Positions 53,301 to 64,000 of a stretch of DNA of 64,000 nucleotides are shown piece after piece. Source of the stretch: Fimbriosthenelais zetlandica (lineage: Eukaryota); the NCBI GenBank assembly GCA_977030845.1, contig OZ365118.1, positions 23,498,001 to 23,562,000 on the forward strand, written 5' to 3'. The notes beneath the pieces are model-generated. The model did not search any database, had not been told where the DNA came from, and saw nothing but the letters and a program-made list of their open reading frames with translations. Every line of letters begins with the position of its first letter. The first letter of the stretch is position 1. The position numbers were made by a program, and so were the translations under genes.

Positions 53301-54618
53301 GCTCCGTGACAAGTTCCTGCCCCTCCACCCGCAGTATGAGAATGACGTTAAGTTTAGTGAGGACGGGCGGGAGATCGTAGCCTCACGGTTCTACGTTAAG
53401 TCCATGTTACTGCAGGACTCGGAGGCTGAGGGTGATCTGATGATGAAGATGAGGGAGATCGCAGCTAACTCCAGCCTGCCGCTCGTAGCTTACGGCCCTC
53501 AGTTCATCTACTACGAGCATTACGTGTCTATATTAAAGAACACGCTGCTGGCGGTGGGCGTGGCGCTGCTGGGGATGCTGTTTGTAGCTCTCATGTTCAT
53601 CCCTCATCCTATAGCCATCACGTGTGTCACCCTCACCATGGTAACCATTGTACTCGGTATGTTTGGTTTCATGCATTTCTGGGGTTTAGCTCTGAGTGCC
53701 ATCACTACGGTACAGATCATCCTCAGTGTGGGCTTCTGTGTCGACTTTACGGTTCATATCAGCCACGCCTTCATGACGGCTACTGGTAAGAACCGCAATG
53801 AACGTGTCATGGCCGCCCTGGAGAAGGTAGGCGTGCCCATCCTGAACGGGGCGGTCTCCTCTATACTGGGCATCCTCATGCTAGCCTTCACCAGCTCTTA
53901 CGTCTTCAAGTCATTCTTTAAAACCATGCTGCTGATCATCGTGCTCGGAGTAGCTCACTCCCTCCTCTTCCTCCCCGTCCTCCTGTCCTTTGTTGGACCT
54001 CGCAGGACTAACAAGCCTCGTGTATTTGTGCCCATCAAGTCCAGCTCCTCCCCGGGTGGTCGCATCCTCAACAACATGATGAATAATTATAGCATGGATC
54101 CCTCCCTGGCCTACCACCACCCCCCGCCGCCTGGACAGCCTGAGGTAGGCCTACATGGGGAGGCTATAGAGCTGTCAGTATTACAGGTACCCCGTACTGA
54201 CGGTACGGTACCGCGGGGTGACAGTACCGGCCTCCTCACGGTACCTCACACCACCTCCACACCCTCCATGTTGGAGGTACCCCGGGATAACTCCGCCCCC
54301 GCCCTGCTCAACCTCACAGACATTGAGATGATTGACAGTACTGGTGCTGACACCAGCGGCGGTGGGCGGGCCTCCACACTACCACGTGTACATCACGTCA
54401 TCATAGAACGCCCCCCGACGGAGGAGATACGCCTCTCACAGTATATACCACGCCCCCAGCGAACTCCCAGCCCCCTGCTCTCTAAACCACGCGTAGAGAG
54501 GCGGGACAAACAGAGCAAGAGGGCGGAGTCGGACTGTATGTGGGCGGCACTGACTGGACGTGGTCAGCAGGAGGGGGAGAAGGAGGAGGAGAGGAAGAGA
54601 AGTAAACCTTCCTCCTGA
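50311..54618 (+). CDS. Patched domain-containing protein (PTCHD3-like, RND/sterol-sensing superfamily), 1065 aa
   Basis: Exons 50311-51370, 51875-52075, 52682-54618 (3198 nt). YEDLCA...CVIDG luminal loop; SSD with GVGVDDMFI (GxxxDD) and TITSLTDLLAFCIG; second half with SVGFCVDFTVHISHAF and FKSFFKTMLLIIVLGVAHSLLFLPVLLS. Confidence 0.92.
52156..52681 (+). repeat. Four decoy copies of the exon-3 acceptor plus first 45 nt of exon, embedded in a tandem repeat
   Basis: cag|GCGTGGCTGTCCTCCTGTG(C/T)TACATCAATCAGTTGACGTTTTTTG at about 52156, 52276, 52419, 52538; only the copy at 52682 continues into the ORF. Confidence 0.9.
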
Positions 54619-54872
54619 TATGCTACCATCTATACGACTATACCACTATCTATATGACTATACCACCCGCTATATAATGACTATACCACCCGATATATGA
54701 CTATATACCTTCTATAATTATGACTATTTTTGGAGATATTATCTATGGCGTATTTATGAGATGTTTTTCATGTTGTTTCATGGTTTTATTTGTTACCACT
54801 TGTTCAGGATTATCGTATTTTATGGAGATTTTCTATCCCTATGTTTGGGGAGTATTTTATATAGTGTTTAAA

Positions 54873-55467
54873 CATGACAGAGATGGCCATGTCCCGGTCT
54901 GCAGCCAGTCATGACAGAGATGGCCATGTCCCGGTCTGCAGCCAGTCATGACAGAGATGGCCATGTCCCGGTCTGCAGCCAGTCATGACAGAGATGGCCA
55001 TGTCCCGGTCTGCAGCCAGTCATGACAGAGATGGCCATGTCCCGGTCTGCAGCCAGTCATGACAGAGATGGCCATGTCCCGGTCTGCAGCCAGTCATGAC
55101 AGAGATGGCCATGTCCCGGTCTGCAGCCAGTCATGACAGAGATGGCCATGTCCCGGTCTGCAGCCAGTCATGACAGAGATGGCCATGTCCCGGTCTGCAG
55201 CCAGTCATGACAGAGATGGCCATGTCCCGGTCTGCAGCCAGTCATGACAGAGATGGCCATGTCCCGGTCTGCAGCCAGTCATGACAGAGATGGCCATGTC
55301 CCGGTCTGCAGCCAGTCATGACAGAGATGGCCATGTCCCGGTCTGCAGCCAGTCATGACAGAGATGGCCATGTCCCGGTCTGCAGCCAGTCATGACAGAG
55401 ATGGCCATGTCCCGGTCTGCAGCCAGTCATGACAGAGATGGCCATGTCCCGGTCTGCAGCCAGTCAT
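54873..55467. repeat. 37-bp highly homogeneous tandem array (about 16 copies) downstream of the Patched-domain stop codon
   Basis: catgacagagatggccatgtcccggtctgcagccagt units. Confidence 0.95.
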
Positions 55468-55522
55468 TAATCACGCAGCAGACTTTATATTTATCATCTA
55501 CTCTTCCACAATTGAGACTTAA

Positions 55523-57013
55523 GACGTTAGCAGAGGTCATGAGACGTTAGCAGAGGTCATGAGACGTTACCAGAGGTCATCCGACGTTACCAGAGGTCAT
55601 GAGACGTTACCAAAGGTCATGAGACGTTACCAGAGGTCATGAGATGTTACCAAAGGTCATGAGACGTTACCAGAGGTCATGAGACGTTACCAGGGGTCAT
55701 GAGATGTTACCAGAGGTCATGAGACGTTACCAGAGGTCACGAGACGTTAGCAGAGGTCATGAGATGTTACCAGAGGTCATGAGACGTTACCAGAGGTCCT
55801 CATGATGTGGTGTGAGGAATATTTGTCAATCTGTGATGTTGTTTTACTGTTATTTTACTCAGAATTAAAAATAAATGTTTTGATAAAAACCTGGAGGATT
55901 ATTTAGCTTTGTTATCCGCATTAGGACGAGCTCGTGTTGTGTAGAACAGACGCGAAGCCGCAGCGATTTAAGGAAATTACGACGAATGAAGAGAGAAAAA
56001 GAGAAGTCGACGTGACATTCACACTGTTTATTAAATATAAACAATAAGACCGTAATAGAGAGAGAGGTAGAGAGACAGTAGAGCTGGCCAGCCCCACCCC
56101 TCCCCTACCTCACAATATAAACAATAAGACCGTAATAGAGAGAGAGGTAGAGAGAGAGTAGAGCTGGCCAGCCCCACCCCTCCCCCCCCCTACCTCACAA
56201 TATAAACAATAAGACCGTAATAGAGAGAGAGGTAGAGACAGAGAGAGCTACTGGTGTTAGCTCCATCTCTCCCCTACCTCACAATATAACAGAAACCGAC
56301 CAGAGAGCCTGAGGCAGGCCTGAGGCTGAGGCAGGCCCAAGCCTGAGACATGTCACAGTCAATAAATACAGGCTGCTTCTACACAGCACATCTTAACATT
56401 ATCAACAAAATTACTACAGCATAATCAAAAACCCAGGCTCACTCTCCTAAACCCAGGCTTACTCCTAAACCCAGGCTCACTCTCCTAAACCCAGGCTTAC
56501 TGTCCTAAACCCAGGCTCACTCTCCTAAACCCAGGCTGACTCTCCTAAACCCAGGCTCAGTCTCCTAAACCCAGGCTCACTCTCCTAAACCCAGGCTCAC
56601 TCTCCTAAACCCAGGCTCACTCTCCTAAACCCAGGCTCACTCTCCTAAACCCAGGCTCACTCTCCTAAACCCAGGCTCACTCTCCTAAACCCAGGCTCTC
56701 TCCTAAAAATGCAGCTGATACATCACATCCACAAATAAAAAACTTTACAGGAAAATATCATGAAATGTTTCCAACCAATATACATCCATGGTAACAACAA
56801 TAGCAATGGTAATAGTTTATAAGTGTACAGAAAAACAGTCACCAGTCAAGCTAGGAGCTGTTATAGCCAGCCAAGACAGACAGACAGACAGAGCCAGTCA
56901 CCCCACAGTCACCAGTCAAGCTAGGAGCTGTTATAGCCAGCCAAGACAGACAGACAGACAGAGCCAGTCACCCCACAGTCACCAGTCAAGCTAGGAGCTG
57001 TTATAGCCAGCCA

Positions 57014-57048
<35 letters not shown>

Positions 57049-57099
57049 GCCAGTCACCCCACAGTCACCAGTCAAGCTAGGAGCTGTTATAGCCAGCCA

Positions 57100-57130
<31 letters not shown>

Positions 57131-57200
57131 GCCAGTCACCCCACAGTCACCAGTCAAGCTAGGAGCTGTTATAGCCAGCCAAGACAGACAGACAGACAGA
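55523..57200. repeat. Cluster of minisatellites between convergent gene ends
   Basis: 20-bp gagacgttaccagaggtcat (55523-55800); 20-bp cccaggctcactctcctaaa (56430-56705); about 75-bp units with (gaca)n (56840-57200). Confidence 0.85.
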
Positions 57201-58710
57201 TATATAGACAAACAGACAGACTCAGTCACACCCACATCCATAGTGACAGTGACACCCATAGACATCATGACAGACAGAGACCCAAAGAAACCCGGTGACA
57301 CCCATAGTCAGATAGACACTCACCTATAGTGACACTTACAACTCTCTAACTGGATGGACAGAGATAGGGAGACAGACAGAGAGAGATGGAGGTAGATAAA
57401 TGGAGAGGTTGGGGAGATATGGAGAGATGAGAGGGACAGGAAAGAAGGCAGAGAGAAAGAGAGAGAATAGAGACAGAGAGGAAAGAAGGCAGAGAGAAAG
57501 AGAGAGAATAGAGAGGACGAGAGGAAAGAAAGCAGAAAGATATAGAGCTTCAAACAACCTGAGTAGAATATATAAAGGAAGAGAGGAGAGGAGGAGCCAG
57601 CTGGTTGTTGCTGGTTGCTGGTTGTTGCTGGTTGCTGGTTGTTGCTGGTGGTCTGAGAGACAGAAAACATGACTGACGACTACATGACTAGAGTTCCATG
57701 TACACACATCATATAACACCCATACACAGCCCGAATAACACCCACCCACCCCTTAATAACACCCATATACCCACCCCACCCACCCACCCACACAGCCAGA
57801 ATAACACCCATATACCCACACCCACCTCTTTATAACACCCATATACCCACCCCACCCACCCACCCACCCACACAGCCCGAATAACACCCACCCACCCCTT
57901 ATAACACCCACATCCCCCCTAATAACACCCATACACCCACCCACACCCCCCATAATAACACCCACACACCCAACAACGTCCAACACCTGGGCCTATGACT
58001 AGAGTAGGCAGCCACACTAAGACATAATGTGAGATTAATCTACTGAACACTTGGCGTACACAATGAGAAATAGCATGTTTATATGTGCCGGCCGCCACAC
58101 ATTCACTTCATGGAATGGAAAACGTCTGATTTATTATAGTGGACAACGGGGGCAACCATCAGCCGGGGGCAACCATCAGCCATCAGCCGGGGGCAACCAT
58201 CAGCCATCAGCCGGGGGCACGGGGGGGCACCTACACATCAGCCGGGGGCAACCATCAGCCGGGGGCGCGGGGGGCATGGGGGCACCTACACATTATACAC
58301 ACAGATTATCAACTGATAAATTACATGTCACGAGTCACTAGGACAGGCTGGTAACAACGTACAGACCTCACTCTCCCAATACTTCCTCCCTGTCCCTCTC
58401 TATTCCCTGTCCCCCTTCTCACCTTGTGCCCCCATCCCTGTTCCCCTCCCATCCCTGTCCCCCTCTCGTCCCTGTCCCCCTCTCTGTCCCCCTCTCGTCC
58501 CTGTCCCCCTCTCGTCCGTCCCCCTCTCGTCCCTGTCCCCATCCCTGTCCCCCTCCCATCCCTGTCCCCCTCTCTGTCCCCCGTCTATATATATAGAAGG
58601 TGATGGTTGCGAGCCGTTACCGGGCTGTTACCGCGGCCGTTGCCCGTTATGGAGGGAGGCTATATTGCCCTCATCTATTATAGTAACATTCACACATACA
58701 TTAACTGTTA

Positions 58711-61700
58711 TCATTTAGACTTGGCGGGAACTTTCTTGAAACACACGGCTACAAACTTGTGAGCCCCCTCGTCCTCGTACCCACTCACACACAGAGGGTT
58801 GAATTTTTTCTCAGCGGCAAAAAGGAAATCATTGAGGAGTCTGTAGGAGGACATGTCCACCTCGGAGGTGTAGTGGTAAGGCCCTGGGTTCGTCCATATG
58901 GTGGAGAAGCTCGTGCTCTCTCCATCCTCATACGCCTTCACGTACGCCAGTAAGTGGCCGTGGCGTGTGTGGCGTGCAAACTCCGCCAGGTACGCCTCAC
59001 TGGTGAGGCCTACTTTAGACCAGTTCCCGCCACTATCCTGCTTCTCATAGAGCGCGGCGACCAGATGCTGGCCCTCCACGCGCGTGACGGACTGCCGGGT
59101 AATAATGTAACCCTGCTCCTTTAACTTGCTCGTCTTCACCTGGAGCTGCTCTACAGGCAGACTGTGGTGCAGCTTCCATGGCGGGTCGCAGTGTTTGAGG
59201 AAGATGACGGCATAGTTCACCTCCTCACCCAGTAGGTACGAGTCAATGTGGCAGGGTCGGTAACCAACCACGGGGTAACGGTTCAACCACGAGGTGAGCT
59301 CAGACTCACTCAGTGAATGATGACTCACGTAATCCTGCTTATCTTTAATCCAGATGACGTTAAGGAAGGTCTCGTGTGTCACCTGGTATCCGTTAATCCA
59401 GTAGGGTCTGTAGCCCAGCGTTGTGAAGATGTTGTGATAGTTCTCATACACGCCGTGCGGCAGCTTCACGTTGATGACGTACTTCCGGTTGAGCGTCATA
59501 GCGTCGCCGTACTCTATGTCTATTTTCTTGACGCTACACCAGTCCTTGACTTTAGAGAGGGCGTAGCTGATGAGACTCGTGTAGTCGGAGTCGGGCGGCC
59601 AGTAGTTGGCCATGAATGACCAGGAGTAACCGTTACGATCCTGTACCAGACATGACGTAGCGCCATCTAACGTCCCGCCGTGCTCCCAGGACTTGCCGTA
59701 CCATGTCACGTCCAGCCCCAGGCCGTACCACGCGCTACCCTTGGCGTAGCTGGGTCGTGCTAACATCTGTTTAAACGTCTCTTTACGTATGATAGACTTG
59801 GGACCCGTACCGTCCAGGGCGTGTAGGAATGTGATGAGGTCGGTGGCGGACGCGATCCACCCGCCGTCTGCGTCTCCGTACTCCAAGGCGAAGCCACCGT
59901 ACGGTGAGGGGACGCGACCATGGCCCGGAAAGATGGAGTCCACGAATCCTACCCGCGGACTAGCGAAATACTCCACCTTAAACAGAGGAAATACTCCACC
60001 TTAAAGAGAGTCAGAAACTACCTTAAACAGGGCGAAATACTCCACCTTAAACAGAGGAAATACTCCACCTTAAACAGAGCGAAATACTCCACCTTAAACA
60101 GAGGAAATACTCCACCTTAAACAGAGCGAAATACTCCACCTTAAAGAGACCAAAATACTCCACCTTAAACAGGGCGAGAAACTACCTTAAACAGAGCGAA
60201 ATACTCCACCTTAAACAGGGCGAGAAACTACCTTAAACAGGGCGAAATACTCCACCATAAACTGAGTTATCATTGATATGATAACAGATAACAGATACGA
60301 GCAAATTACTCTACCTCAAACAGGCCAAATAAACCAAGTCAGGCAAAGCAAAGCAAAGCAAAGTAAACGAAGCAAACCAAAGAAAAGCAAACCAAAGCAA
60401 AATAAACGACACGAATCCACACAAATAAAGCAAAGTAATGAAAAGTCACACAAAGCAAACCAAACTAAAGCAAATCGCACCAAGTCACACAAAGCAAACT
60501 AAAGCAAATCACACCAAGTCACACAAAGCAAACTAAAGCAAATCACACCAAGTCACACAAAGCAAACTAAAGCAAATCACACCAAGTCACACAAAGCAAA
60601 GCAAACTAAAGCAAATCACACCAAGTCACACAAAGCAAAGCAAACTAAAGCAAATCACACCAAGTCACACAAAGCAAACCAAACTAAAGCAAATGACACC
60701 AAGTCACACAAAGCAAACCAAACTAAAGCAAATCACACCAAGTCACACAAAGCAAACTAAACCAAAATCACACCAAGTCACACAAAGCAAAGCAAACTAA
60801 AGCAAATCACACCAAGTCACACAAAGCAAACCAAAGCAACACGAAAATAAAGAGAAAGAAAAGTCGGTTTGTTTAAACGATACGGCGAGTAAAACAAAGC
60901 GACGGGCACGAGCAGCGTATAGCGATATAGATACATGTATAGTGATTTATTCCATGGTCAATTTAGTAGGTGGGCCATACTCCACGCTCTCAAGCCAATA
61001 CTCCACGCTCTCAAACTAATACTCCACGCTCTCAAACTAATACTCCACGCTCCCAGAACGAGGCGTAGTTCTCGTACTTGCTGCCAGAGTGCGGCAGTTT
61101 TGCGACATCACCATGACGTCATACCGAGACGTCCTCTGGCGGAACGGGAGAGAGTCATTAGTGACAAGCGCCGTGATGTTTTTTCCTCTAACAATTCATT
61201 ATTTTTAATACCTAACCTTAATAAAAGCAAATGAATGAAAGAATGTATTCCACTATCCAATCGTGTATTAAAAATTAAAGTGAGAAAAAAATGGGGGGCC
61301 TAATAAATCAATGTCAAGGTCGGACCCGATCGGATAAATTTCAAAATGGCGGATCGATCAACAAGGTTGTCAAGCAAGCCGAGACAATGTCGTGCAGATC
61401 TAAGGTAGATTTATTTCGGTAATTTCTTTTTAAAACGCCAAAATATCATTTAAAACTGTAGGGGACCATGGAATAAAAACAAAACGTCAGGGATGGGGGT
61501 GAACTCGAAGAAATTACTCAACTCGCCGGCAAAGCCGGCTCGTTGAGTAATGTCATCTCGTTCACCCCCATCCCTGACGTTTTGTTATAATATATACATG
61601 TATAGCGATATATATACATGTATAGCGATATAGATACAGTGATATATGATATAGTGATATATGATATATGATAGTGATATAGTGATATATAGATATAGTA

Positions 61701-64000
61701 CTCACCTCGTCTGGGTGCGCCTCGGCTTTAGGCGTCTTGCCGAGCCTCATTCTGGTGATACCTATAGGCTGTAGTAAACTCTGCATGTAGTCGGCGTACG
61801 TCTGACCAGTCACCTTCTCTATAACCCGACCCAACACCTCATACCCCAGGTTAGAGTAGGCGTGTCTCAGGCCTGAAATATATAATATACAAGGTTAGAG
61901 TACCCAACACCTCATACCCCAGGTTAGAGTAGGCGTGTCTCAGGCCTGAAATATATAATATACAAGGTTAGAGTACCCAACACCTCATACCCCAGGTTAG
62001 AGTACCCAACACCTCATACCCCAGGTTAGAGTAGGCGTGTCTCAGGCCTGAAATATATAATATACAAGGTTAGAGTACCCAACACCTCATACCCCAGGTT
62101 AGAGTACCCAACACCTCATACCCCAGGTTAGAGTACCCAACACCTCATACCCCAGGTTAGAGTACCCAACACCTCATACCCCAGGTTAGAGTACCCGACC
62201 CAACACCTCATACCCCAGGTTAGAGTACCCAACACCTCATACCCCAGGTTAGAGTAGGCGTGTCTCAGGCCTGAAATTTAAATAATAAAAATAAATATTT
62301 GAATAATAAAGTTGAGGTTAAAATACGCGTATCTAAGACCTGTAATAAAACCCAAGTTAGGATAGAATAGAATGTTACCATGTAGCATGTTACCATGTAG
62401 CATGTTACCATGTAGCATGTTACCATGTAGCATGTTACCATGTAGCATGTTACCATGTAGCATGTTACCATGTAGCATGTTACCATGGAGCATGTTACCA
62501 TGTAGCATGTTACCATGTAGCATGTTACCATGTAGCATGTTACCATGTAGCATGTTACCATGTAGCATGTTACCATGTAGCATGTTACCATGGAGCATGT
62601 TACCATGTAGCATGTTACCATGTAGCATGTTACCATGTAGCATGTTACCATGTAGCATGTTACCATGTAGCATGTTACCATGTAGCATGTTACCATGTAG
62701 CATGTTACCATGTAGCATGTTACCATGTAGCATGTTACCATGTAGCATGTTACCATGTAGCATGTTACCATGTAGCATGTTACCATGGAGCATGTTACCA
62801 TGGAGCATGTTACCATGTAGTCTACGTACCGGGTGTAAACTGTAGTTTGTGCGTCATCATGTACGCTATCAGCGTATGCTGGTCTACAGGATCATGTACG
62901 CCCATCTCTGTACCGATATGTCGCCAGAAGACGGGGTCGCCCACCTCCTCCCTGTCCCAGCCAGCCGAGTGCTGCAAGAGGTGACGAACTGTGATCCGCA
63001 ACAAACGGCGGTCACCTCGCGCCGGAGGGCTGTACTGGTACAGGAGGCCTGAAACGGGGAACAGAGGTTAAAACAGACAAACAGGGGGTGAAAACAGGGG
63101 ACTCTATTTGTAAGTGGACTGAGACTTCTATAATAAAGTGAGTATAGTGAGAGGCAGACAGACCTTTTGGACCGAACACCTTCTCGTTGAGGGAGATCTT
63201 CTTCTCCTCCACCAGTTTCATGATGGCCGTGGCTGTGAAGATTTTAGACACGCTGGCGATGCGGAACAAATGATGCGGACGTACACGTAAACCGTGACGG
63301 GCCCAGCCGTAAGCTGAAAGATGAGACAATGTTAGAGATAAAATAAAACTACTCCACACCGACCAGAACACAGCCGTACGCTGAAAATAACAATAGACAA
63401 GATTATAAATAAAACTACTCCACACCGACCAGAACACAGCCGTACGCTGAAAAAAACGAGGCACGAAGTTAGAGACAATAATAATGGTACTCACTGTGTG
63501 TGTATATTACATACTACTCACTTTGAGTGTATATATTATATTTGTACTCACTTTGAGTGTATATATTATACTACTCACTTTGAGTGTATTTAACTACTCA
63601 CTTTGAGTGTATTTAACTACTCACTTTGTGTGTGTATATTATTTTTGTACTCACTTTGAGTGTATTTAACTACTCACTTTGTGTGTATTTAACTACTCAC
63701 TTTGAGTGTATTTAACTACTCACTTTGTGTGTGTATATTATTTTTGTACTCACTTTGTGTGTATTTAACTACTCACTTTGAGTGTATTTAACTACTCACT
63801 TTGAGTGTATTTAACTACTCACTTTGAGTGTATTTAACTACTCACTTTGTGTGTATTTAACTACTCACTTTGAGTGTATTTAACTACTCACTTTGAGTGT
63901 ATTTAACTACTCACTTTGAGTGTATTTAACTACTCACTTTGTGTGTAGATGACCTTTCCGTCCTTGGCCAGGACGAGGCTGGCTCCCGGGATGCCTTGAT
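58711..64000 (-). CDS. Beta-lactamase-fold (class C / S12-like) serine hydrolase fused to C-terminal bacterial-tandem-repeat (BTRD1/polyglycine-hydrolase-repeat-like) units; 5' end off the window
   Basis: Exons 63938-64000, 63164-63313, 62830-63048, 61706-61872, 58711-59976, phases consistent. GIPGASLVLAKDGKVIY; FRIASVSK (SxxK); ITVRHLLQHSAGW; AYSNLGYEVLG (YxN); WEHGGTLDG; then about five 50-aa repeats (GYRPYWINGY...NVIW; GYRPCHIDSY...YAVIF; VKAYEDGESTSFSTIW; VSGYEDEGAHKFVAV). Confidence 0.88.
61478..61586. mobile_element. 109-bp fold-back palindrome (MITE-like) in an intron
   Basis: Perfect 27-bp arms aacaaaacgtcagggatgggggtgaac / gttcacccccatccctgacgttttgtt, inner attactcaac/gttgagtaat, centre gccggc-aaa-gccggc. 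Confidence 0.75.
62375..62820. repeat. 15-bp tandem repeat
   Basis: catgttaccatgtag units. Confidence 0.95.
63490..63945. repeat. About 23-bp tandem repeat carrying repeated splice-donor copies (AAA|GTGAGTA on minus)
   Basis: tactcactttgagtgtatttaac units; the first copy in transcript order is the real donor at 63937. Confidence 0.9.

Noticed and set aside
54873-55467. 37-bp repeat array of CRISPR-like unit length
   Set aside because: Head-to-tail repeats with no spacers, no cas genes, eukaryotic context
62265-62845. MVTCY/MLHGN/MLPCS repeat ORFs
   Set aside because: 15-bp intronic tandem repeat
1-64000. tRNA, rRNA, snRNA genes and CRISPR arrays
   Set aside because: None recognisable by inspection

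Overview
Intron-rich animal genomic DNA (spliceosomal GT-AG introns, minisatellite-laden introns, two N gaps). It is probably a non-arthropod invertebrate; that is inference and the taxon cannot be determined here. I reconstructed seven protein-coding genes by hand with phase-consistent exon chains. (1) MICAL, minus strand (monooxygenase-CH-LIM-coiled coil), running off the left edge. (2) An uncharacterised 410-aa protein with a perfect (YPSSAGQ)10 heptad array. (3) A 643-aa TNF-receptor-like type I membrane protein with an unusual cytoplasmic Ig domain plus two death-fold-like domains, with kB-like sites in its promoter and first intron. (4) A 461-aa Cys-patterned helical-repeat type I membrane protein that needs a 14-nt microexon. 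(5) A 463-aa protein with an intronless CDS ending in a degenerate T5orf172/GIY-YIG-like domain. (6) A 1065-aa Patched-domain (PTCHD3-like) protein. (7) A beta-lactamase-fold serine hydrolase fused to bacterial-type tandem repeats, running off the right edge. The most striking window-wide pattern is that local tandem duplications repeatedly straddle exon boundaries, leaving stacks of decoy splice acceptors and donors in at least five of these genes. Also present: a truncated L2 LINE end, fold-back MITE-like palindromes and a possible DIRS ORF1 relic. No database searches were possible; family calls rest on motif recognition.
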